64,000 nt of DNA from Trypanosoma brucei (lineage: Eukaryota), in the NCBI GenBank assembly GCA_000002445.1, contig CH464491.1:672001-736000 (forward strand), written 5' to 3'. Of the stretch, positions 9,679 through 21,500 are shown in pieces. Position 1 is the first letter of the stretch. Every line of letters starts with the position of its first letter. Under the pieces are notes generated by a model that searched no databases, was not told where the DNA came from, and saw only the letters and a list, made by a program, of their open reading frames with translations. The position numbers and the translations under genes were made by a program.

Positions 9679-11619
9679 TCACAGTGGTGTCATGTTCGTT
9701 GGATCCCTAAGGAAAAGTGTGTGGAAAATATCATTGAAGAACGTTGGATGATATTTGCAGGCGCGACGGCAGTCCGGACTGAAGGTGATTTCGAGTAACG
9801 AAGGCTCAAGTGTCAAAGCGCCCGTTTCAACACAGCGCTCCGTCCGTAGCATAACATCCACACCATACATCGCACGGCATCGACTGTGATCCCCACCCCT
9901 CGTTACCACCATGCCAAATGCTTCACGAAGCATTTTCAGAATCTTCGGATATGCAATTTTTTCCCATGCTGCTTCACCGTAACCACTCGAGGCATATTCC
10001 TCGTTAAACTCTTTCACAAAGTCATGGTCATGCAACTGAAGCAATGCCTCGGGGTTGGTGTAATTCATAACCGTCCAGTGCTTTTCGTAGCAGTCAAAAT
10101 CGTCGAGTGAATATTCCTTTAGCGCAAATCGAGTCCAGAAAGTGTTATAGACGTACGCCTCCATGGAGGAGGAATGCTCCGACGTAAAGGAATTTACTGC
10201 CACGATGAAACGAAGGTCAAATTTCCGCTTGCGCAGCGTCGCTGTGTTGGCGATATACTTACAGATTACCTTAGGTCCTGTTTCCACGGCTCTCAGCAGT
10301 TCAGTGAGGTTGGACGAAAGCGTCATGTCGATGCTTCGTGCCAAATTGGTGGGTTTGCTAATCCATAAATTTGTCCCGTCGTTGCTGCGCAACTTGCCGA
10401 TATCCTCATAGGTAACCAATGGGTCTGTATCAATCTTCTTGTCTAATGCGGCCTTGCGCACGATGAAGTCACCAATTAGTTCCTTTAGCTGTGTCGTCGA
10501 ATCGTAACTTGTTTGATACCAGTCGACGTAACCATAGGTCTCCTGAATTAGTCGTAACAGCCCCTGTTTACTTGTGAACTCAGACTCCTCAGGGAACTGC
10601 GAAATATATTGTGCGTGCCCATAGTCGTTTAAACCCTCGATAGAATGGTGAACAACCCATACGATGTGCGCTTCCTGCGGCAGATCGACCACCACAAAGT
10701 GATTCGCATCAGTGAGATTTTGTGAAAGCTGTTGACTGTCCGTGAAAACACGGAGCGGGCCACTCGGACACCTCTCCACCGGCGCTAGCGCACTCTGTTC
10801 CCGTTGGGCACGTCTTCCAGGAACGCTTTCCAAACGTTTCACCAGACGTCGCCACGCTTCTACGCAAAGAAGTTGGGCGGAGCGGTAGGGATCTTCTTCT
10901 GTTTCTTCCTCGTGTCGTGTGTTGTATATAAGCGACAGTATTTCCTTCCCGCTTGTCGCTTCGAGCGTTGATGCCGCCCGCCTCGTGGCAACTTCTTCCT
11001 CTTCCATGTCCTCTACGCACCACATCGCTGAGAACACACCGCCCTTTTCCGGGAAACAAATGGGTATCGGTTCCAACTTCATATTCGCTTTCTCATTCAC
11101 TACTGTTGTTATGGCGCTGCCCACTTCGTCATGGATAAACCAGTAGCTTTCGTACTGGGAATCATCTCCGTCCGCCGATGTCGGAAGGCGATACGAACCC
11201 ACCTTGTTCCACATGTGGTCAAATATCAGTTGCGCTCCATGTCTGTTATCGGCGCCCGAAAGGTTCACGGCCAAAACACGACCCAACCGCGTGCGGAGGG
11301 CCTCATTTGCTTCCAGATGAGCGCGAAAATCTCGCAGGCGGAAGGTACAGCAGTGATCAATAAGCCAAATATCGTCATTAGCCTTTAGATTCTTACTCGC
11401 CACAAGAACATAGTTACCAGCAGTTTCCGAGGACTGGTCCTCCGCGTCGACTTCATCCTCGTCCTCACGCGCTACAACCGCCAGCGAGAAAGAGGTTCCA
11501 GCGTCAAAGACGTCATTGACCAACTTTTCAAATAACGACCGCTGCAAGTGCTGAGGCACGCTGTGAACGACGAACCAGTCCGCTAGGACTCTCGAGAATG
11601 CTTCAAAGTCTTTCATCAT
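9679..11619 (-). CDS. Tubulin-tyrosine-ligase-like protein, TTLL12-like architecture (N-terminal non-catalytic domain plus C-terminal TTL ATP-grasp domain), 646 aa.
   Basis: The C-terminal half has TTL-family motifs: LWISKPTNLARSIDM (cf. WIVKP..GRGI), KFDLRFIVAVNSF...AYVYNTFWTRFA (cf. FDLRFYVLVTS) and CRAMYGVDVMLRTE (cf. F.LYGFDFM.D). Human TTLL12 is of similar length (about 644 aa). Confidence 0.6.
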   Translation of the reverse strand: MMKDFEAFSRVLADWFVVHSVPQHLQRSLFEKLVNDVFDAGTSFSLAVVAREDEDEVDAEDQSSETAGNYVLVASKNLKANDDIWLIDHCCTFRLRDFRAHLEANEALRTRLGRVLAVNLSGADNRHGAQLIFDHMWNKVGSYRLPTSADGDDSQYESYWFIHDEVGSAITTVVNEKANMKLEPIPICFPEKGGVFSAMWCVEDMEEEEVATRRAASTLEATSGKEILSLIYNTRHEEETEEDPYRSAQLLCVEAWRRLVKRLESVPGRRAQREQSALAPVERCPSGPLRVFTDSQQLSQNLTDANHFVVVDLPQEAHIVWVVHHSIEGLNDYGHAQYISQFPEESEFTSKQGLLRLIQETYGYVDWYQTSYDSTTQLKELIGDFIVRKAALDKKIDTDPLVTYEDIGKLRSNDGTNLWISKPTNLARSIDMTLSSNLTELLRAVETGPKVICKYIANTATLRKRKFDLRFIVAVNSFTSEHSSSMEAYVYNTFWTRFALKEYSLDDFDCYEKHWTVMNYTNPEALLQLHDHDFVKEFNEEYASSGYGEAAWEKIAYPKILKMLREAFGMVVTRGGDHSRCRAMYGVDVMLRTERCVETGALTLEPSLLEITFSPDCRRACKYHPTFFNDIFHTLFLRDPTNMTPL

Positions 11620-12585
11620 TTGTAAAACTGGTTATTGTTCGCGTTATTGCCCTGGTAGCCGGCTTATGAAACCGACCCTCAGTTGGCACCTCTAAGGATA
11701 GTAACCGATTGCCAGCCGCCTTTCTTTAGCTTCAAACTTCCACCGAAAACCACCGTTCCGCAGCTTGCTCAATGGTTTCGGTGCACCTGGGAGAGAAACA
11801 TAACAGATAGGGAAACAAGGGAAAAGGTCGGGTTTGGCGTGTAACCTCAAATGTTGGGACTCATTGTTACTGGCGCAAACGCAAAGGAGAAGATGAGCCT
11901 GCGGTCCCCTTTATGCATCAAAAAGTGCGAGGGAGAATACGCACCCCCCGTCACAGGATATACGAATGGGTGCCGACTACAACCACTTGGAGCAGGCTAC
12001 CGTACGGCGTCCCGCAACGGTGACTCTCCGGCCGTGATAAAAAAGTGGCAGCAATAACAATTGTTTCATCACCTACATCGAAAAGGATGGCACTGCCACC
12101 AAGGCACCGATTACCAACCCGATGTGCTCATGCACATAGAGGGGAAGTGCACAAAATTTAAAAAGCAACGACAACAACGAATGAGGCGCAGGAAGATGTA
12201 AGTGCAATCGAAAATACTTTATAAGGTGACACACCAGAAACATTTGTTCGAATGGGTGCCATGCCATGGCTTCATTTCAACTTGTTTCTACCTTTCTTAT
12301 CAGTAGGATTGATATATACTTCTTTCAATGAAGTATGTACATATATTTCTTCGATTCTTTGATTTCTCTATTCTGGAGTTGGATAAAACAGATGCTACTG
12401 TTATATGTACCTTCCTTTCACTCAACTTACTAGCTGTTACCGTTTTTCTTTTTAGTTTCCCATCTTTACATTATTTTCTGTCGCTCGTACTTTCAGTACC
12501 CACGCACTTCTTCTACCGCAAATAATGTGGTGATCCCAGTGTTACTCACCGCCAGCTTTCCGCTGCTGCTACCCCACTCATTCCA

Positions 12586-15500
12586 CTAAACAGACATGAG
12601 GAAGGCGGCCACTCCTCCAAGTAAGAGTTGTTCATCCTTTTCCTCACCGCCAGGGACGGAGATATCGAGAATTTTGGTGCTCCGCGTGGCGTTGGTGTAG
12701 AGAGGAATATGTGCACCGCCACTCTTATCGCTGCCATACATCCACCACACCTGCACTTCAGTGGGCATAGGCATGGAGGACGGCGAGCTTGACGAAACGG
12801 GTGAAACGGTGGCTTGAGCGTCAATCAGCGAACCCTGAACTTGTATGGACTCACCCTTTATCGTAATGCATGGGGTGCCAGAGGCTGGTGAGGCACTGCC
12901 CTTACCACCTTTTGGAACGGCGACGAGCGACATATCAACAAGGGGTGCTTTGGTAGTACGAGCTGTGTACTGCCGCAGTGCGATGAGAAATGTTTGGGGC
13001 CTTAGGAAGTCCACCAAGTCAAATACACCACCACTGGGGGAGAATGCCCGCTGCGCATTGGTTGTCATGACCGTCAGCCTCCGGTTCAAAAGTTGTAACC
13101 ATAATCCAATTTCCTTCGGCCCGTCCATTTGGTCTAGCCAATTAGAGGGGGCGCGGCCACTAATAAGCTCTGCCGCTTCCTCTCGTAGTGCTGCCGAAGG
13201 CATTAACAAACCATCTGCCACACACTGCAGGTCAGCAAACTTGGCGGCAACGGATTCCACGATCTCCCTGAGCAGCCCTGCCTCACTAATAAAGAATACC
13301 TTCATAGGGTCGTAGTTTCCTTGCCCTGCGCTCAGTGCCTGAGTGCTTCCACCCTTTAAACCGCTGTTTTTCCACACTTCAAGTACTGGCACGAGCAGGG
13401 AGCGCCACACATCCTTTGCAGATGCACTGACACCTGCACTGTGGACAAATGAGCGCAATTCTTCCCTTAGGCGGTCTGTGTGCTGCTCCTTCACCGCGCG
13501 GTCTGCGTTGTCTGGCAGGCACAAAAGGGCTGGCGTGTCTACATCGGAGACGTTATCGCGGATGAACTGTACAACCTCACTATGTTCACTGGTGGTTGGC
13601 ACGTGCAGTTTCTCGTGCAGGGCTTTGGTACACGAAACGAGAAGTTCCTCATTAAAGATCTTGGAAATAAGCTTCAGCAGCACCTGTTCATCACGTACAT
13701 TCTCCAACCTTCCACCATAGATACAGTTCTGCAACATACCTCGGAGCGTGACCCAGTCCATGTTGTTGTGACTTAGCATACAGAAAACGTCTGATGCCGC
13801 TTTCATGTCTGCAAGTGAAAACTCGTAGAACTTTATCCATCCCTGTGGAACATAGTTTCTCCTCTCCTGCAGCAACGCGTGGAACCAGGCTAAACCAAAC
13901 AGCATCTGCGAAAGCGTTTTTGTCTTCAACCGCAGATAACCTTCGTCCCACATGATGTAAGACCGCATAAGATTCTGCTTCACGCCAGGGGGTGCCTCAA
14001 TTGTCATCTTTAAGGACATCCGCAGCAGCACCGTTGGGAAGAGGTCGTGGGGTTCAGTGGTTATAATAAGACGGAAGTCTTGGTTAGGTGGGGGCATAGC
14101 ACTCAGCTCTTTTTCTAACACGTAAGCCCAGTCCAGCACAAGGTGCAAATTCTTCAAGAACAGCCAGTCGCCCTGTGCTGCGCAGCGGCGGAGGTGCAAC
14201 ATTGCATCGTCCGTCTGCCCACCACCTAACGCAATTTGGGTGAAGCGCTGTCGCTCCATGCGACGGTACGCTACTTCCTGCACCTCTTGACTTGGATCTG
14301 CTCCACCTGAAGTAATCAGAATTATTGGAGTGGTAGCACTGGCGCCAGTGAGCATCTCTTCCAACGATGTTAAAGGAGTCAAGGAATCAAGCTGTAATGA
14401 GTGCATAATAACATGGTGCGCGAGATCCGCAAGTCGATCCGGCCGGAAGGTGTCCACGATGAGCAGTTGCTCCATGAAACTCAGTCCCGAGTTCTTGGTC
14501 AAACTCTCCTCGGGCGTGTTCTCCAGGATCCAACTTCCCCATCGCTTCTCATCGTTCAAATCCCACTTCTTCACGTGTTCCGAAGCTGTTGCATCCGCAA
14601 GAAGGGCTGTAAATTTAGCGCGTGACATGGGTGGAGCCCAGATTGGAAGCTGCACACTACCATCTGAGGCGGCATTACCCTCAGTATTGGCACTTCCGGC
14701 GGAGGCACCAACAAGCAGGTTCCATAGCGATGAGGGGAATTTTTGTGGGAAGAAACCGTGAATGAGATGCATACCAAAGACAAGCCGATCGCGCTCTAGA
14801 AGGCCGCGGCTCACGTGGACAAAGCACTTTTGTATGAAATTAGTGGCAAGTCCCGCCATTTTCGCCTCTATGTCTGTCTCCCCCTTGTAGCCACTCAAAC
14901 ACTCAACGAAAAGCCGTACGAAGTCATTGAGACCAAAGTGATACATACGATTCAAGTTCTCCAAGTCCTTGACGAGGAAGAAAATCGTCGACCCGTTGCT
15001 GGCGAAGGGACGATAAACCTCTCGCTTTTCATTAAGCTCCGCTTCTAGTTTATGAGACTTCTCCAGTGCCTCGGTGATACTCGAAGCTTGCACTTTCACA
15101 TCATTCAAAGCTTGTATGAGAGCAGTGTTCTCCAGCAGATCACCAGAAGAGTTGGCGAGGTCACTTAACAGTCGTTCCTCCAGTTTATTGAGCTCCAGCT
15201 TAAGGCTTTCCTCTTTTTGAAGCAATGCAGCACGTTCCTGCTCCAACTCAGGTCTCTCGTGCTGAATAGTTACACCCAAAAGCTGATTTTCCAGACCAAA
15301 CTTCGTTACGGAGAAGTTCACCACCAATACCAACGCAGCGGCGCCTGGTGGAAGATCAATATCTGTTCGTCTGGTGAAGAGCATAATGCGGAACTTGTCC
15401 TGCCAATCTACTTGCTTGTTCCCAACCTGTACCACCTGCTTAGCCCCTGCTGTGAAGATATCGCGACGAAGTATTGGATACAGGATGGGTTCTACACCGT

Positions 15501-18500
15501 CAACATCCATGACGAGCAGCGTCTTACCGAAACGCACCGCGAGTTCAAGGGTGTGGGAGAACCGCTCATCGTGCATGGAGGTTACTTCCGACACAATGTT
15601 GTTGGTCTTTAGGTTCATTTTTACCCACTCAATAGCCTGATTGGAAGGATCGATAACCAGGGGTGTCTGCACAGAATCGAGCATTGCAATTGCATTCTCC
15701 TGACTGAGGTCGTCACTTGGAAGCCCTTCACTTTTCCACTGCAGAAGTTCACCGTCCGTGCGCATATATCCCGTAAGCTTGACAACGTCGGGTAGATTGA
15801 GCCGGCTTGACCACTGCTTCAAGTAGCGTTGGCGAACATCTTCAGTTTCACGTGCGATGTATGTGATAAAAGCCGCTGCAACGAGGGCGCGCTTTGGAAG
15901 CAGCTGGTTGCTTGATTGAATCTTCTGAGCATCCTGTGACCACCGTGTTTTCTCCCCACTGAGTTTCTCAAGCAAATCCTTCGCTTTGGTAAGCTCCTTC
16001 TGCGCCTTCTCAAGTGTGTCCTTGATTCGCTCCGCGTCTTTGCACTTCTCAGAGAACTCCTTCCGTAACTTCGCAACGGCTTCATCGATTTTTTTCAGCT
16101 TGCTCTTGAGTTGTTTGAGTTGTTCCTGACCCTTTGCGCTGTTTGTCTCCAAATCCTCAAGTTGCTTGTTGAGCGGACCAATGCTTTCGAGGATGGTGGA
16201 GTAATCGATCATAGCCTTCACCCACGCTGCCATCGGTGCGGCGGCGACAGAAGCACGACGGATAGTTTCCTGCTTGAAAGAACCGGCTTTTTGATTCATG
16301 AGCCGCGCGACGTTCTCTCGGATGGGAGTTGAGATATTCTTTGCGTCGAAATCAAGAATTCTCTCCTTGACACCACGCTCACCAAGAAACTTGCGCATAG
16401 ATTGCCATGACACATCATTCACACCAAGTAGCGCAAGGACAGCCTCCAGCACGTCTTTCACTGGCTCTGGTGGCGCCTTGAGTGACCGAATTTCGTTCAG
16501 TTGCTCACTTCGAATGGAGCTAACAGCCTCACGCGCGGATTCAAGCATTGGTGTGATGCCGCTCAACTCCTTCGTTACCTTCTCCCTCTTCACCGCAATT
16601 TCCTCTTGTTCAGTGCTCAGTCGCGCTTGCAACTCCTCTGCCGTGTCACGCTGCTCTTTTGACTCCTCCATCTTCTGTTGAATCTCCGTCAGGGCTTTAT
16701 CGGCTTCCTTTTGTTTTTCCTCCACCTTCTTTTTCTTGCGCTTAACGTCCGACTGGATCTTCGCCACGCTTTCCTCTGCCTCGTGCAGCTTCGCAAGGCC
16801 CGCATCAAGTCGCTTCAAACTAGCCTCACCGCTCTCACCTTTCTTTTGAAGAATTGATTCATAATTTTCCATCAGTACTCGGAAGCGTTCGGGCGTCGCC
16901 TCTTCGCCGAAGGACTCGTGCACAGAGAAGAGCTCACGGTGTAAATGAAAACCTTTATTCGCAGAATCGGCACCAATGTTATCAATTACAGCAGCAAGTC
17001 GTTTCTTGCATATATTGCGAGTGGCGTCGTTGCTCCACGCGCCCATCCACAGCAAATCGCAGTTGCTTATGAGCCCTGGGTTAGACTGTAGCCTAACCAA
17101 AAAGAGAGGGTGGCAGTTGTCCATCACTAGTGCGATGCGGAGGTTTCGGCGAAGGCGCTGAAGGTAGAAGGATGCAATAGATCCCATGTATCCATCATTG
17201 GCGGCATCCTCACGCAATGAGGCACACATTGTTTCCACCTCCTCCTGTGTAAAGAGACCAGGCACCTCACCGCTGCTCACAAGACTGTTGATCATCTCCA
17301 AGAAGGTTTCGTCGACGATGTTGTGATCTTCGAGCATAAGAACCAACCGCTCGTTCTGTGTCGTTGCTCGCTGTATAAACTGCCTCAAGTCTTGGCGAAA
17401 GTTTTTCAGTGCGTACTTCTGCATCATATTGAGTGTCACCACGTTCATTTTTAGGAGAAATGCAGCGAGGCAGACGGCGTTACGTCGCCCCACACCGGGG
17501 CGGCCCACCAAAATAAGATGACCGAACGGCCGGGTCAGCACACGGTCCACACGCGCGAGCCACCCAACAACTTCAGGAATTACGTGGATATTCAGAGTTT
17601 TGTGTTCACGGCTGTACTTCACTATTCCCTGCTCAACCTCAGCAGCAGCAGCTTCGTACGATACACCCTTCAGACGTTTCTGACCGCGTTCGTCTGCCTC
17701 ACTGAGCCACGAGACAAACAGGATGGAATTTGCGTCATCAGCAGATGAGGAGGAAGTGGAGGAGTACCCTATCGTGGCGAGGGACTCACTTATGGTTTTC
17801 CGGGCCTTCTTGATGTCTTCAGCGCGAGGGAGACAGTCAGCGAAGATGCACGTCGCTTCGTGTCCCAAAACAGCGGGAAGCGTTGTGGTTTGTGAGTCAA
17901 TCTCATACATGAGTACATTGGTGACCCAATTGGTGATACTGCGCGGGCAGAAGAGACAGTGGGCATACTCCTCCCCTTCGCGCTTACGGCAAATCTTCTC
18001 AAACACGTTAATCACAAACCCCGATAATGTAGGGCAGTTTGCGAGGTCACAACCCAGATCGGGTACACTGCTAATGAGTGATTTGAAGTATTCCGTATAT
18101 ATCTGGTTGAGGCCCGCCTTTGAAGGGTAGGACATGAAAACGATTCCCACAACGGCGAGAAGACGAGGTGTAACAGCGTAACGACCAGCTGACACTGTGG
18201 GGTTCATACTAGCCACCAGTTGAACCTTCTCGATGCCAATCCACTCTAGGTCGTTGTTGTAAAACCCTTGGTACATGATCAACTGCATCATGAAGGCGTG
18301 AAGTTCCACAGTGCCATACCTATCCGGTTTGGGAAGATTTACGTTCTTTAGAATAATCACTAGTCTTTCACCCTCCTTAGGACGGTACACATGCCCACTG
18401 CTTGTGCTGGATATGGTGCACATTTGCTCTAGTTTTTGAATGAGGTGAAGCGAAGTAGTTTGCGCGCTGCAATGAAGGACGGTGATCCTCACACCACTGT

Positions 18501-21500
18501 GGCGGGCAAAGCACTGTTGCAGAGTAATGCTCTTTCCACTTCCCTCCGGACCGACGAGGAACACTGGACGGCAGTTGGTGTCGCTCACCAAAGGCTCAAG
18601 GGTTGCCATAAGTCGCTGCACGTCCACAGTGGGAACAATTAACTCACCCTTCAGGAGTGATCCGGACGAACTGTCCACTGTGAGATTCGAGGCGAACTCT
18701 TTTAGACATTTTTTCTCGTGATCGTAGTAAGTATCCAATGGTCGCTTCTTGGACACAGGGCTAACTTTTCCCATTTCGTACACTGCTGTTGTGATAGTTT
18801 TGGCGCCTTCAGGGTGGAGCATACCACAGAGCCCGCGAAGCAGCGAGAACACGAAGTCTTCTTCATTGGCCACATGCAAAATGTGTGCAAGACAACAGTT
18901 AAGAATCCCCATACCGGTTGTAGGTACCACGAGGGCGTCCAGTCGCAGTGTTTGATGCACAGCGGGAATAAGGTATTTTTCAATAAGAGGCCCAAGGAGC
19001 TCCCGACGCTCCTCTGGTTGCTTGTGGAGAAACGAGCGTACAGCGGGCTCAAGACTAACATCATCTTCGGAGAACAGGATGACACCCATACGGGATACAG
19101 TGGCAGGAGAGGCATATGCGAGGCTGTGTGTCTCAAAAATAAAGTTCACATTCTTACCAAACTGGATACGCACACCATTGGGAAGTGTCAACAACTTGTT
19201 GTCGTCAAGGACAGAGTTGAGCGACTCAACCCATTCAGGGTCAATATCGCCATCACATAGAATCCACGGCCGAGATTCTTTCGGTTGTCTCACAACATCC
19301 CGCGCAGCGGCGGACAGCACACCATCGTACCACTCTCGTGTGTCCGGGTCCATATAACCCAAAAGCTGCTGTCGGTGAATAGCCTTAGGGTTCATTACAT
19401 GCAGCGGGACTTCAATCTTTAGTATTTGCATCGCTTTGCGGAGAATGCGAAGAAGTGTGCTCTTTCCACTACCGCTTGGACCAACAAGCACAACTCCCAT
19501 ACGCTGACCCAGCGCCTCGTATAACTGAAGGACCTTGTGAACCTGGGACTTGACGAGCTGCAAACCCAGCTCACGCACAGCCACTTCAATGGCAGATTCG
19601 AGCTCCCCGTACGCAATCTCGCGAATACTCACCTGCGGGAACACATCCACTGCTAATTCCCTGAAGAGTCGTGCGTCATCGACGGAGAGTTTGCTAAGCA
19701 TGTTGATGCTAAGCGATTGCAAAACCAGCTCTTCTTCCTGTTTCTCACTAGCTGCATTACCTCCGTTGTCTGCCTTCCACTTTTGCACCAAAGACCCTGC
19801 AAGGTGAAGCACAGCCTTCAGTGAACGCAGACCCCAGTCGTAGTGCTGCTGCTTTGACATTAGCTGCCCAGAAAGGCGGTACATTTCCACGATTTTCTTT
19901 GCTAGGTTTTTCGCATGAGTAAAACCCTCTGACAACAACATGGTCGACGTGATAAGCTCGTTGTTGGGCTGTGTCATGGCAACCTCACGGAACAGTTGCC
20001 TCAAGTTATCCGGTAACTTAGAACGTCCACCGTAACCTTTACCGGCGGGGTTCAGTGTAACGAAGATACCAGCGTTCTTGTTCACCTGAATAAGCCGGTT
20101 TAGAAGTGTGCAGGAGGGCTCGCGATTTTTAATTGCCTCCTGGATTACTTGAATCATTTGAGATATGGCTGAAAGCTGATCTATTTTGAGACGATTGAAC
20201 TCATCGAAGCAGCCCCAGGCACCGCACTTGACAATTCCCATGAAGATACGCCCCATAGACTTAAAGTCAATACCCTCATCGCAGTTGAAAACAAGCACTT
20301 GCCGCCCCATTGCACTACCCAGCGCTTTCACAGATTCCGTTTTACCTGTACCTGCAGGTCCGTACGGATTACCACCATAACCAAGTTGCATACCTTTGGT
20401 AAGAACCAAGTAACACTTGTCAGTCAGCGGAGTGTGCACAAGTTTTGCCGCATTGCCTTGGTATTCGTACGTATAATCAAACTTTGTGTCCATCATCGCT
20501 ACGTAGCATAGTTCGTTTTCGTTCATGTAGTAGCGCAACTGCTTCTGCCACCACCAAGACTCCGTGGAAGTCACTCCTTTCGCCACCAGTGCTTCTACGA
20601 CTTCAATGTGATGAATAACATCGAGGATAAGGGCTTTCACCTTCAACTTGGATACAGGGTCGGTATCAGCAGGAAACATTGTCAACTTGTTCAAAACGTT
20701 CTTCAACTCACCTCCCAGTGCTGATAAGGAGTTTTTGCTGATTGCTTCTTCTACAGCTGCACTGAACTGCACCTGCAGTGTCACTTGAAGTACTTGCGAG
20801 GGGTAACGGTTTATTGGCTCAGGGTCAATGATATTCTTCACTTTCACACAAGAGGCCAAAAGTCGTTGTAACGTTTCCTTCATGCACTGGTCCAACGCAA
20901 CCAGCCACTTCTCAACGTCATCCTCCTCGATAGACACGGGTTTTGCCAATTCCACTTGCTCTCGATCTGAGGACACCATATGCGTGATAAACTTATGATC
21001 CTCGCTGAAGATCACGGAGTTAATTCCCATAAAGAGTTTCTTGAGGTGGGCCTGAATAACAGATGGGCTCTTGCTGTGACCCAATATTTCAAGCATATCC
21101 TCGTCACTAATAAAATAGAAACGGGAGAAACTCTCACGTTTGGACTCGAGAAACTCCATCAGTGATTTCTGGCAACGCTCAATTTGGTCGAGAATAGTCT
21201 TCAAGCGGTCCACAATGTCCGCCTGCGATGCAATCGTCATCACGCGTGGATCTGCCTCTACATCTTGCATGATAGACACAAATTCTTTGTCCACACGCTT
21301 AAAGCGAGCCTGTTCCTGTGGTAACGCACCACGAGCGAAGATGGGTTCCAGGTATGTCCATTTCCGTTGTATCGTATTCATCAGCATAAGAGCTTCATAC
21401 AAGTTAGCAAGTTTGACCTCCCACCCGTTTGCCTCATCCGCAAAGTGGGAAAAGAATGGACTGTCTTTAAGTGACCCAATCAGTGACTGGTTGTCACTCA

